A stretch of DNA of 64,000 nt from Vitrella brassicaformis CCMP3155 (taxonomy: Eukaryota > Protista > Chromerida). Location: positions 1 to 64,000 of the forward strand of contig CDMY01000427.1 of NCBI GenBank assembly GCA_001179505.1. The letters are read 5' to 3'. The translations under genes and the position numbers were made by a program. Below the pieces are notes generated by a model, which saw only the letters and a program-made list of their open reading frames with translations, made no database searches and was not told the origin of the DNA. The first letter of the stretch is position 1; every line of letters begins with the position of its first letter. This document shows positions 1 through 12,866 of this stretch, piece by piece.

Positions 1-137
1 TGGCGTGTGTGCGACGCTGTGTGCCTGCTTGTATGTGGCCGTCGTTCGCAGCGCATTGCATATCCTCCTGTCTGCTGCATCTGCCCTCTGCGTGCTGCGT
101 GTTTCGTGTCCGGGTTGCATGTTAGGGTGCCTGTTTC

Positions 138-2620
138 ATGTTGGACAGACCGACAGGGGACTTGGCCGTCAGGCCACCTAGGGTGCTCCCTGAAACCGCT
201 GCGCAGATCGCGGCTTTGGCGTGCATCTCCCTTCACTCGATTCATCGCATCATGCAGAGCCTCACAGAGCGAAACATCAGCGTGCGGTTTGCCGAGGATG
301 GCGAAGAAGATGCGCCTCTGGCCGTAGGGGATTTGATCGCTCGACAGTACAAGTACTTGCAGAACGTCAGGAAGGAAGCACACACACAAGGCAGACGAAA
401 GAATGACAGATGACTCATCGGCTGCTGTCTTGCTTTGCTTGTGTTGTGTTTGTGCTTCAACCAACAGGTGCTGGATGGTGCGTTTGAGGAGTCACAGCAG
501 CGTGAGGTCCGCCTCGAGAGCATCACTCGAGCCGTCGGTGTGGTGGTGCTCCAACATGAGCTTGACATAGTGGATTCGCTGACCAAGGACAACCTGCTGG
601 ACGCGATGATCGCACTCGACTACCTCCAATTTGACACTGACAAGATCTTCACGCCGGGCAGCACACAGAGTCTCCTCTGGCGCATCCACCGACATGTGAG
701 TGGGCGGTGGGGAAGAGGGTGCCGTTTCTTGTTTGCCTGCTGAAGGGTCTTTGCTTTGGTTCAGGTGGTTCTCAGCGCCTGGCTCGCTGACGATCAGCTT
801 GCCACCACCCTGCTGGACAGCTTCGGCCGCTACGCCTTCATCGCCCGCTTCATCCACCGCCACAAGGACATTCGCACCGGCCTGCTGCCCTGTCTGCTCA
901 AGGCGCCTCAGCACATCGGGGCGCAGTGGCGTCGGTGCGAGAGAGGGGAGGCAGAGGATGACGCGAGCAAGGCGGCCTTGAGCCTGGTGGGCACCCTCGG
1001 GGACGAGCTCTCGTATGGGCGCATCGACATGCCCCGCCACGAGCTGGGCAGCTTCATCACGGAGGCAACGGGAAGGTCATCGCTTGCTCACGCACAGAGT
1101 GAGACGAACACCAACGGGGAGTCATCCATCAACCTTTGACACCCTTTGTTGTCTTGTTTGCAGGTGCCGTATTCGAGCAGGACATCTTCACCTCATCTGC
1201 TTCGTATACGACACAGCCCTTTGACGACAACGACGGGGGATCCATCCAGCTCGACCCCGTCGGCGGGACCATCGGCGTCCAGGTAGCTGGGCTGAGTCAC
1301 GGCCCTCCCTTTCCCATGGACCCTCCTGCCAATGCCGTGCGCGATGGTGATGAGAAGGTGTCCGACCTTCGCGGCTGGTATGTCCGGTTCCTGTTGCTTC
1401 TGCCCGACGACCCGCCTGGATCAAAGGCCAGCGAGACATTTGTGTCGTGTTTCGGCGCCGACTTCTCATTGGAGATCCCCTGTGGTGCTGCTGGTGGCAC
1501 GGCAGCGACGCAGGCGGCAGCTGGCGACTCCCAGACCCCCTCCTCCGTCCAGCTGGTTGATCCCTTTTCCGGTGAGGGAATCAAGATGGGTGAGGAGGGC
1601 CCTTTTGTTGACAACTTCTCGTTCGGTCTGCTTGGGGGAGAGGTGCCGTTGTATGTCAACAAGGCCAACATATCGGCTGAGGCGCTGGCGCAACACGGCA
1701 AGGGGGACGCCAGGCTGAAGGAGGTGCAGATGAAGGTGACGGTGCAGTTCTTCCCCATGCGCACCCTGGCCCTCCACTACCTCAGGCTATGCGCCCAGGA
1801 CGGATACTGGGAGGGCGTGACAAAGATGGCCAGGTATGTCGGAAAGCAAGCCGACACGTACAGCGCAAAATCGCCTGTTGTGTGTGCTGTGTGCGCAGGT
1901 CGACTGATCGTAAGATTGCCATCAGCATGGTCCCCGGCCTGGCACACGCGTCGCGCTACAGGATCCCCCTCAGCCTCTCCTTCGTTGCTGGTATCCAGGA
2001 TGTGCCCCAGTCTAAATATAATGCCGTTACCACAAACTTGACGGCCAACACCATTCGCGAGAGCTTCAGTGTGCTTTCTGCCGTCCTTCCCATCGTGCCC
2101 ACCCTCCCCACAGTCATCCAGGAGGCCTTTGAGGACGCACTCAAGGAGGCGGTCGAAGCACAGGAGGACGGCCACTTCAATCAGCTCTACAACGCCCTCA
2201 TCAAGGTCAGCCCAAGTCATCTGGGTGTGCCGCGTCTGTGGGCGGTGTGAGCACGTCTGTCTGTATGTTCTGTTCATGGCAAAGGAGGCGGCCAATCGGC
2301 GGCGTTTGGAGGCCGAGCTCGAGCGCCTTTGTGAGGAAAACGCCATTCTCAAGGAACAGGTATGCTTCTCGGTCAGTCAGTGAGTGACATGTGAGTCCTG
2401 ATGATGGCGCATTGTCGAAACAAGTGGCATGTGCACGTCCTGCTAACGCCTGTGTGTCTGTGTGTGTTGGATCGTCGCTGTTCAGGTGCGCCGCGGTACG
2501 AAGCGGCCCCGAGACGAGATGGATGGCCACCAGCAGCAGCAGCAGCATCAGGATGGCGAGGGCGGGGCTGACCAGCAGGACAAGAGGCCGAGAGGGGAGG
2601 ACACCAAAACGACCACATGA
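138..2620 (+). CDS. BTB/POZ-domain protein with C-terminal coiled coil, multi-exon (paralog A)
   Basis: Spliced ORF pieces give YKYLQN|VLDGAFEESQQREVRLESI...LTKDNLLDAMIALDYLQ, matching the BTB pattern (SxYFxAMFxGxFxESxxxEIxL; LTxxNVxxLLxAADYLQ). Later exons are 1164-1832, 1900-2206, KEAANRRRLEAELERLCEENAILKEQ and a last exon ending TGA at 2618-2620. Boundaries inferred manually. Confidence 0.72.
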
Positions 2621-3899
2621 GTGAGGGGATGGATGGACTAGTGAGAGCTGGTCGTGTGATGGTAGTCTTGATATCCCAGACAGACAGACAGGTAGCCTGC
2701 CTTCCTGCCTGCCTGATGTCTGAACGAATGTGTACACACATACACACGCATACGTTGATTGTTCCCTGTCTCCCTCCCTCCCTGCCTGCCCGCCTGTCTG
2801 TCTGCCTGGCGGTCAGAAGTGAGTGGTTTTGACTCCTCTGCTCACTAAGTCTTTGCTGCCCGCCCACTGTCTGCCCGTCTTCTCTTCATGTATGAGGCCG
2901 GGGGTGGCCACAGTTTTGGTCTCAAGGCTGCGATTGCATGACTGACCACGTGCGTGTTGCATGAATGAATGGTGCAATGCGATTGATGCATGGAGAATGC
3001 AAGGTCTGCACACGCACTCACACGGGTTCATGCAGACCGACCGAATCCACACATACACTGTAAGTAATGCATACACATCATACGCACATGTGTCCGCCTA
3101 GCAATCCACCAACACAAAGCAAGCTACGACCCCTCTACAAACTGCCTCCCAGAGCGTGCGGCTCAATAATTAAAAACCTGCTGCAGAGTTACCGCAAAGG
3201 AACAGGTCGATCCGACTGGACGTCCTGTTGATGGAAACGGGCACAGCAAGACAGACATCTCGTTCGGTCCCCACACACCAGAAAGACGGTCAATGGACGA
3301 AATGTGGCGCCAAGGCAGGCGTGCATGGTGTACATGTGGCAGACCCTCGTGTTTTTATGATCGCACATTGATGATACGTGAATGCATCCGTGCGTTGCTA
3401 GCCCTGAGTGTGACAGCATAAACATCGTTCACCGCCAATGGTCCTTCCACCCACGCACCCATGACGCACAAAGCAAACTCAATCGGTCTGTATCGACACA
3501 GCCCGCCACCATACCCACATCCGGCCTCACAGCCCTTCGCGTCAGAACGGGCGCAATGCCCCACCAAACCACGCATGTCTCTCCATCCTCCCCTACTCCC
3601 TCCTCCCTCTCCCCCTGTCCAGCCATCCCACCTATCCAGCCCCCCCCCTTTGTCACCAGCTGGCAACTTAGAGCCGCTGAAGGCCATCTCCACATACGCC
3701 CACCGTGCAAATGCCGCCCCGCCGGCCGAGTTGCTCCACGCAGACATCCGCACTGACACCTCAGAGGGACGACCAGCAAGGCAATTCTCACTCTTTTCAC
3801 TCTTCCCGCAGACACAACGGCTCGGCGGAAAGTAAACCACGAGCAGGCCGCCAGATTGATGATCCCCCCCGTCTCACGAGAGCTCGATAAACGACGAAT

Positions 3900-6150
3900 T
3901 GCCAGCCCCCCGTGCTGAGACACCGGCATGGCGGTGCGATTGTCCCCCCGTCATTGCCAACACGGCGCCGCCAAGGCCACACCCGACCGGCCGCAAGGGC
4001 CGTCACTCCTTCGCGCCTCTCGCGAGAACATGGTCAGCGACGAGCTGCCTGGCCGGCTGCTGACGATCGCAAGCCGCCCTCGACGCATCGATGGCCGTCA
4101 TGGACAGGTCGAGGTCGGTGCACCGGCACACCCCACAGCTCAACATCTGCACAAGGAACATGACAAGATCGACACATTGACAATATGAAGACGTATCGGC
4201 CGCCGACTCTCCCTGCGCACCTGACAGCGCTGGCAGACCTCATCCGGGGCTCCCCGAGGACTATAAAATGGAAGTCGCTGCGTATGGATGGATGGATGGC
4301 TGCATGCTTCGACGAATGAAGGGACGGTCGGGTGGGTGGATGGCTGACATCCCCACCGAATGAGCGGGCGACGACTTGCACACCCCGCACCCATGGACGA
4401 CAATACACACCTACAGCCACGACACCCAACATACACAAAGATACGCAAGTGTCGAATGGAAGTGTCCAATGCACCTTTCCCTCGCTCATGGTGCTTTCAT
4501 GCAGTCTGCTCATCGCTCTTCGATGCACGCCATCATCACGGCTGCGGCGCATGAACCGGAAGCCCCTCAATGGCCGACGATGCGGCCAATCGTAACAACC
4601 AGCCCTCGCCCCGCCCCGATGCGGCGCCGCGCCCTCGCCCCGCCCCGATGCGGCGCCGCGGCGCTTGGGACGATTCCCAACCCCCTCGTTGCCCACGCGG
4701 CGCTGCCAAGGCCACCCCCAACTGGCAGCCAGGTCCAGCATTGCTTCCCCACTCCTCGCGAGAAGTTGGTGAGCGACGAACTTGTCTTTGTGGGTCTTCC
4801 TGGCTGCCTTTCGGATCGCGGGCCGCCCTCCATCCGCCGCCGGGCGAGTAGAGGACGGCAGCAGGCCGTTTAACCAGCCGACGGACCTCACCCCACCATA
4901 ACGGGCGGCACTGGGGCACACATCGACACACCCAGCAACGGACGAAAGGTGGATGCATCCTCAAACGAAGGCCCATCCTGGGCCCATCGGCGGCCGACTC
5001 TGCGCACCTGCGCGTGCGCCCCCCAGTGATTCGCCGGCAGACCTCATCCACGGCGCTGCGAGGACCATACTAGGGACGATAAGTGGGGGCCGCCGCCGAT
5101 GAAGGACGGCTGGATGCTTGGACGAATGAACGGACGGACGGACCGATCGGCGGACGGATGGGGGGTGGATGGAGTGAGCTGTGCACCGAATGCAGCACCC
5201 CAATTTTGCCCCAATTGCAGCATCCCGACTCGGAGAACTTGGGGGCTGGTCCGGGGAGGCTGAGAACGGCCGCGACTTGACGCACCCCACTGCCAGCGCA
5301 CACCCTTGGACGGCAACGCACCTACAGTCATCACAGTCTCAATGGAAGCGTCAAATGCACCCTTCCGTCGCGCAGCCCATTACCGCATATGGTTTCCCTT
5401 CCCAATTGTCCCTTCCGAGGCGCCTCGGCCGCCGACTAAGCGAGCCTAAAGTTGTTACGCACGACAGACATTCACGCACAGACAGATGATAAACGAATGC
5501 ACTCCCCGCGATGCTGTGCTTGTGCGTGCAGCGTGCTTGCGGCCTACCTCACCGCCACGTGACCGCCACATCATCACGGCTGTCGATGCATCATCTGGAG
5601 ACACCCCCCCGATGGCCGATGACCACCCCCATCGTCCGTGAGGGTGCCCCGAGCCCCTTGGACGGTAACACACCTCCAGTCACCCAGTTTCAATGACACG
5701 GAAGGCTCGAATGCACCCTCTAGTTGCCCGTGGAGGTGTACTCATCGGCCGCCGACGAAGCAAACCTGAAGTTATGACGCACCACACACACACACATACC
5801 AACAGATGACGAACAAATGGACCCCCCGCGATACTGTGTGCGTGTGCGTGCCTGCAGCCTCGCGAGGCATCCGTCCTCGACTGCCGTCCAGAGGAAGGGA
5901 ATGTACCTGCACCGCACCAACGACAGACAGACAGCACCAGCCATCCCATCGATGGCATGGAGGTGAGATGAGCAGCCAGCCAGTGGCAGTGCCTGTCAGT
6001 TACCCTCCCCAGTAGCATAGCGACGAGGATCTTGAGGATGTTCAAACCTCACTGGTGCACATTTATCACGGCTGTCGGTGCAGCATCTGCAGGACATCAA
6101 TGGCCACCTCCCCGATGGCCGACGACCACCCCATCGTCACCACCACCGTC
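3900..6150. repeat. Degenerate tandem repeat region, roughly 750-850 bp units
   Basis: Same-order blocks recur. GCCAAGGCCAC...CGCGAGAA...GTCAGCGACGA appears at about 3965 and 4700. CGCCGACTCT..GCGCACCTG..GGCAGACCTCATCC appears at about 4200 and 4990. ATCACGGCTG...ATGGCCGA appears at about 4533, 5572 and 6065. Confidence 0.6.
4602..4659. repeat. Perfect 29-bp direct repeat, 2 copies (GCCCTCGCCCCGCCCCGATGCGGCGCCGC)
   Basis: Read directly: 4602-4630 and 4631-4659 are identical. Confidence 0.9.
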
Positions 6151-6699
6151 CGCAGCATCGTGCAACGGGCGTTGTTCAGCGTTTCGAGTTAGAGATCACA
6201 GCAGCTGAGCTTGCAAGCCTTCCCGAAGTGCGGCCTTTCGGCGATGGGGAGAAGGGCGTCGATCACGTCAACACCGACCCCCGGCGCACCTGACGTGGCC
6301 TGCCGCTGTGCTTGCAGACTGCTCGCCGCTGTCCTCCACCCCGCCGCCTCTATCTGCCAGCAGCTGAGCAGCAGTAGGCAACCACCACATCGCTGCGGCT
6401 GGTGCGCCATCTGACGAAGACAAAGAGAGGGAGAGGAGCCGCTGCGGCGGCGAATGGCGGTGTTTCTCGCTGCCTGGCGGCTGGCTGGCGTGTCCGCGGC
6501 TGCCCGCACCCTCCAGACGGCAAATCCAGTGGTTCTCAGCACTTTTAATTTCTTGGCTGTCTCGGGAGAATTCCACCACGGCTTAGCTCGCAAATTTTTT
6601 CAGCACAGAGAGGGCAGAGCAGGCACAGCAGAGGATATGCAAGTGTGTGGTTGGCCTCTGTGTGTGCAGGAACGGACCTGTAGAAGGAGAAATCCACTC

Positions 6700-7035
6700 G
6701 TTCGGCGGTTTCTGCTGAAGGCCGCTGGGCGTTTCTGGGGCATTGCAGAGGTCACGAGGACCATGGATGGCCTCATTCCCAGGTACAGATGAGCCACAAA
6801 CCATTACAGTGAACATCAATTGCATCGCTTGCGGGCTTTGGTTCAGGCGAGATCGCCGCCCCCACGACCGAGCCCCCACAGAATTGCCAGGCGATGCCGA
6901 CGAGGTTATTGCTGCAGCACACGAGGCACACTTGGCTCACAACGACCGGCCCTACCCATCGACGCCTACGGGCAGTTTGAGTCCGACAAGATGGTCTGTC
7001 CCTTCCCTTGGTTCTGAGCAACGATGCCTCAGCAA
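6700..7035 (+). repeat. Leader cassette copy (GCATTGCAGAGGTCACGAGGACC exon, short GTACAG...TTCAG intron, ACGATGCCTCAG start context)
   Basis: Highly similar to minus-strand copies at about 33400-33620, 34730-34870, 40200-40340 and 43280-43450. Confidence 0.75.
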
Positions 7036-10000
7036 AAGTACGTCAAGAAGACAACCGCCTCACACACGCAGGCGTCACCGAGTCAATCCTCGCGCCTCGT
7101 CCCGTCTACACCACGGGAGAGACGCCCGCCGCACAACGACGGGCCAGCAAGCGACGCGGGAGCCTTTGCGGAGCAGCGGAGAGGAGACGACGGTCGTCGG
7201 CTGGCGATGGAGCCAGGCATGCCCGCCACCAATGAAGAAATGGCAAGGTGAGGCGGGAACCGGGGAGGCACATACACATGGCGACTGACTGACACGTAGA
7301 AGGACAGGAGGGTGTCAACGGGTGGCTGTTTGGTGTCTGTGTGTGTGGCGTGCAGGTACGTACAGTCGCGCGTGAGGTCTCACGTCGAGGAGTTGGTACG
7401 TACCAACGGCAAGAGGGTGGTTGACTTGAGCTCTGAAGTTGTGAGGAGACTCCCACCGGGCGCACACGACATCAGCCAGATCATGGTAAGACGACGGCAC
7501 GGCCACTGAGAGAGACAAGACGGGGAGGGAAGGCTCTCATCTGTGTGTGTGTATCTTGTTGTGTCTGCAGAACGATGTGCTGCCTGATATCTTGATTGAG
7601 GGGCTCCCGAAGTTCATCATGGTAACACCGACACTCCCAATCACACAGAAACACACACCCCTCCTTGCGCCAACATGAAACCGGTTGATGCCGTGTGTGA
7701 TGCGCTTTGTCTACCAGATTGGCTTCACCACGGCCATGCAGCTGACGACCAAGGACTTCTGCCTCGACAGCCGCGTGCAGCAGCTCACCAACGCTTTCAG
7801 CAACTTGGGGTTCAATCTCGCCATCAGTCTCGCACACGCCAACATCACAACCACATGGGTCGAACACACTACTGGTACGCACAGTCACACACCACACACA
7901 CACAGCCCAACGGACGCACAGACGCTCACTTGTGGTCTGTCCCTGCTGTTTGTGCGTCTGGTCATTCAGAGGCGTTGGCGGCGCGTCAGCGGCCTCCCAT
8001 GGGCATGTCGGCTGGGCGGCTGGAGGACGCCATCAGAGCCGCCGTGGCCGACAACATCCCTGCCGTGATGGACACGTGCTCCAGTATCATGACTAGCGTC
8101 GTGTCGGCCCCGGAATGGACCGATGCGCATCTCCACCGCTCCCTGTTCGCCCGTCATCACCATGACCCCCACCTCACAGCCACCCGCAGCGGCACAGTGG
8201 GGAGGGGCGTCCGGCGGCGCGAGGAGCGGTCGATCAACACGGTGGTCAACGGGCACTTCTGCGACCCTTTCGGCGTCGGGTTCACCAACTACAAGCGCAT
8301 CACCGAGCTGGGCGGGGCCATCCGACCGGCCATGCAGCTCAGCGTCCAGGACAGCCGCATGAAGGGACTCATCTACTTCAACCGCACAGTCACCGAGGCG
8401 GCCGTGCAGAGGCCATCCGCTCCCCTCGTCTCCCCCGGCACCACCAAGTGGCAAGGCTGGCACAAGCGAGCAGCACCCGATTCAGCAGCAGACCAGCACG
8501 GCGGGCGTGAGGTGGACAACAACCCACTGCCGGCTGCGTGTGTGGAGGCCGCCTTGAGGGAGACCAGGGAGACCAGCGCGGCAGGGGGAGGGCACAGCCG
8601 GCCTCCCTTCCACCGGCCGTATCCCTGCCCGCCATGGCAGCGCAGAGACCAGCCGCAGTACGAGAGGAGGGGGTTCGTGCCCACTCTGGAAACTTCCCTT
8701 TTCGAGACTCGTGCGTCCAGATGGTCGACAGCCGTGCCGCCATCGACGGGCCCGCTCCTCCCTCCCCCCGCCCCCTCCTCTTCTCACAAGTGGTCACCAT
8801 CAACCCGTCTGTGCAGCGGCACCGCAATGGGCGGCATCCACACCCGCCAACCGCGTGACGAGCAGTCCCCTTCCTCGTCTGGCAGTTTCTGCCCTCAGGG
8901 AGGTCGGCATCCTTCCCCTCGAGCGACCAGCCGGTGGCTGCGGCTGAAGAGGACAAGACAGGCATGCCTGTGCCGAGGGGTGAGGTGCGGGGAGGTGAGG
9001 AGGACAGTGGAGGGGGGCGGGATGGCGAGACTGACGATCGCATGAGCACGCTGGAGAACGTGTACGAGTCAGAGGTCGCGCCACCGCCGAGCGACCGGTC
9101 GTGTTCGGCCATCTCGAGCGACGCTGCACCCCCGGCGCCCCCCGTCGCCCCTCCCCTCTCGTCAGCCCCAACACGCGACCTGCCCCCTCTTCATCTGAGC
9201 CAGTACGCCGCAGCAGAGCACCAGTACGGCGAGGCCAGCGAAGACGAGACCCCAATGCCCGCCAATGCGGTCCCGTCGATCGGCTTTGCGCCAGTGCTGC
9301 AGCAGACCAGCCAGCTGCCCAGTCCCAGCAGCGGCGCTGAGCCAACGCCTTGTGCAGGACTGCGAGATGGCGTCAAGGCAACCGACGCGCCGGCAGGGAC
9401 AGACAAGGGTGAGGAGGGGGATGGCGTCGACGCTGGGAAGGGCCGAGAGGAGTACCGGGATGAGTTGGATGACACCAGCGGCCCGGTGTCGCCGGGATAC
9501 AAGGGCGCCACAATGGCCGAGCTGGCGAAAAGGGCGGCTGCTATGGTCAAGGAGGCCGTACACAAGAACAAGGAGGAGCGGAAGCCGCTGCTCGTGGCAC
9601 AGAAAATCAAGCCGCCGTTCACGTCCCTTCGCAGCACCCTCAGCCAAGAAGCCCGGAGAGAGATCGACCGCCGACCGCTTGTTCGGCCCCCGCAGCAACC
9701 AAGCAACGAAACAGCCGAGTGGCCATCTGGTCCTAGTGAGGCATCGGGAAGCTTCCAGCAGCGGCTGTTGGGCGAGGTCCCCCGCTTTGACAAGATGCCT
9801 GAGACGTTGCGCGTTATCTGCGAGGTGGAGCGGGAGGGAATGCCGCCATCCCCCCCGCCCGAGTATGACTGGGCGTATCTGAAGGCTGCTGGGGGTGTGC
9901 GGCGTCTGGCTGGGGCGGGCATGCCCTGGCGACCGACATCTGCTGCCACTGCTGCACCACCGGCACCACCCTTGATGAATCCGCCGCTGCCATCGTCTGG

Positions 10001-12866
10001 GGCGGCTGGAGCTGAGATGCGTCTGTCGTCTGCCCCCATCCCTGCGGCCATGCCGAGCGAGGGTCGAGGACCTCTGCCAATCGTGGCCAACGGAAGCCAG
10101 GGGGGCGAGGTCAACCTCAATGAAGACCGTGTGGTGACCGTTATAGTACCCCAGCCCCTCCTGCCGTCCCCCGCTGCTGCGCCTGCATCCGTTGGAGTGC
10201 CGATTGCGGCGATCGGTGTGCCGACCGCTATGCCGCCACCCAGCATGTTGTCGTCATCGCACGAGGGAATACTGCCCACACCGACTTTTGGTGTGCCGAC
10301 TCCGGCTTTCGGCTCGCCACCGGCGACTCCGGCGACTCCGGTGGTCGGCCCGCCCGACGTGTTTGGAGGTCCTGTGGTGGCCAACGGGGCGGTCGGCCCG
10401 CCCGACGTGTTTGGAAGTCCTGTGGTGGCCAACGGGGCTGGTGCTGCTGCTGCTGCTGCTGCTATGGAGATATCCGAGCGTCCCCCTGTCTTCGCGTCAG
10501 CACACGCCCACGGCCACTCCATTCCGCCGCCCCCGCGTGAGCCGCCAACGTACATTGGTCAGCCAGGCGCTTACGACCACCCCCACATGGGCCCACGTCT
10601 GCCGCTGACATCTGTCGGTGCGCCTCCAGCACTGCTCGCCCACCGCCCTCCCATCCCCCAAGCCAGCAGGGCGTTGATTCCCCCTCTGATGATCCCTGAG
10701 CAGCTGCCCGGGATCCTCCCTCCCCCACTACCCAGGAGCGGCGGGAGCCTACCGCCAACTCAAATGCAGCCACCTCACCCTCACCCACTCCCACCCCAGC
10801 CCCCACCACCACCACTCTCACCCGAGATGGTGGACAACGCCAGGAGTCCGACTGCATTTCCGAGAGGTGGTGGGATGCCCCGCTACGGGCCTGGCAGCAT
10901 GGACATGTCGGCGGGGCTGCTGCAGACGCCACCCAAGCGGGCTGAGGTCATCATGAGCACGATTCCGAGCCAGCCGCCGCCCGCAATTGATGCTGGACGA
11001 ATGGTGATGATGCAGCAACAGTTCAACCACCACAACCACCACCACAACCACAACCACCACCACCAGCACCAGCAGGGTGGCGGCAGACCGGCCGGGGCGG
11101 CCACTGTGGCATCTTCACAGACGTCATCAGCCCATCGTCAGGTGCGCCAGACCGACACCCGCCCTCCGGTCACCCGAGAGCAAGCAGCAGAGAGCCATGC
11201 TGCTGGACCAAGTCGCCAGCGGGCCGTCGGCCGAGGGCTGGGCATCCCACCGCCGCCAGCAAGCATTTCGCCATCTCGACCGCACATTCCACACGGTTCT
11301 GCTGGCACACCCTCACAAAGCCCTTACAACGACAGCTATGGGCCCGACTCGTCCCCCAGTCCGTCTCCCCTCGCTCAAAGCGCACCCAGCGGCGCCCAGC
11401 CTACACACCCGACGCAGGCGAGGCAGGACGTGTGCAGCGGCAGTCGCCACACACTCGGCCAGCAATACGGGCCTGACTTGGGAGCGGAGAGGGGGAGGGA
11501 GGGGGAGAGAGACAAGCCCGTGACCCCCAACACCGACAGAGATGCAGCCCACCAGCCCCCTCACCACCACCAGCACCACCACCGAGGTTCGCCGCCCCCA
11601 CGACGAGGCCGAGGGGGCCGCCCACCGCTCCGCTCTCACTGGCGGCCTGTGCGTGAGGGAGGAGACGACAGCCCCCAACAAGCCGACCGAGAGGAGCCCA
11701 GCAGCAGCGGCTACGGGCATGTCAAGCGAGGCACGGGGCGGGGCGGCCAGCAGCAGCCATCCGAGGCTCCACAAGAGGCCGGCGAAGAGGCCAAGCCAGA
11801 CAACGAGACGTCAGCGGCATCAGCAGCCCCGCTCTCTGCCAGTGAGAGCATCACCATCGAGGCTCCGACCAAGAATGAGCTCTCATCGTCGGCCGACCTG
11901 ACGTCGACGGGCGAGGCGGCCAAGGCAGCCGACGAGAGCTCCCCTGGCCCCCTGGCCAAGCCTGAGGAGCCGCCCGAGAAGGGCAGCTCATCAACCACCA
12001 CAACCACCGATAGGAAGGAGACGGCTGAGAGGCCCGCCCCGGCCGCCGCGCGTGATCGTCGCCCCTCAGCCCCTCTGTCGTCGTCACTGCCGTCCATCCC
12101 GCTGGCTGCAGGGCAGCGCCCGGTGCGGTACGACTATGGGTCGCGGGCGAGCCAGGCGTCACTGGACTATGGCTACGAGATGGACTACGAGGACGCTTTC
12201 CAGACGAGAAACATCATGCGCGACCTCGGGCAGCGGGGAGTGACGGTGAAGGTGCACGGGGCAGCGTCGGTGTCCTCACCAACCAATGACAGCTGGAGCC
12301 GCAGCGTCGGATCCGACCCTGTCGAGCCCCAGCCCCTCACACCCTCTCTCCCTCGGGATCGACACTTCCAGCAGTCGATGCGTCACGACGAGGCCGTCCG
12401 CGCCTTCTACGCCTCGGCCACCACCACCCCACCGTCCGTCGATGCCGCATCATCCCGCGGCAACCACATCAGCAACCCGTCACGGACAACAGCGGCTGAC
12501 ACAGCTGCGGCGGGATCGACGTGCGCGTTGAAGGAGGTGCATGGCGGCAGCCTCAGCAGCAGAGAGCTGATGGACGACAGGGCATACAGAGACCGGGAGA
12601 GGTCGCCGTCCACCCCCGACGCACCTGCAGAGAGGGAGATGGAGCGGCTTAGCGGTTCGCGAGACGGCCTCCCCTTCCCTACGCCAGCCACCTCAGACAC
12701 ACCCACACCACGCACGCCAAAAACACCTGGCGAGAGCAACAGTGCGGGCAGCCAGGACCGCGGGGTAAGTATCCACACACGCAACGGACGATGTGTGTGT
12801 CACTTATCATTATTCCGATCGTGTGTTGATTTGATCAGTGTGCGTCCGGCTTCTGTTGGGTTCTGA
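7024..12866 (+). CDS. Large protein: divergent CNOT1 DUF3819 (CNOT9-binding)-like domain followed by a very long Pro/Ser/Gln/His-rich disordered region; the 3' end may extend further
   Basis: In-frame GT-AG exons 7024-7248, 7356-7485, 7571-7621, 7718-7874 and 7970 onward give IGFTTAMQLTTKDFCLDS...NLAISLAHA...LEDAIRAAVADNIPAVMDTC...HFCDP. The frame changes between ORF 7675-9045 and ORF 8934-12766, so an unidentified intron or a frameshift lies at about 8680-8930. Donor GTAAGT at 12764. Confidence 0.68.
10344..10439 (+). repeat. 48-bp coding tandem duplication (VGPPDVFG[G/S]PVVANGA x2)
   Basis: Two near-identical 48-bp units read directly. Confidence 0.9.

Noticed and set aside
9191-10555. Long antisense ORFs (for example 9191-10555 minus, 36135-37136 and 36607-37725 plus, 26377-27228 plus)
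   Set aside because: These are shadow frames of GC-rich real coding sequence on the opposite strand, with no independent motifs.
7024-12866. Calling the DUF3819-like gene the canonical NOT1
   Set aside because: No HEAT, MIF4G or NOT1 C-terminal domain is visible, and most of the protein is low-complexity.
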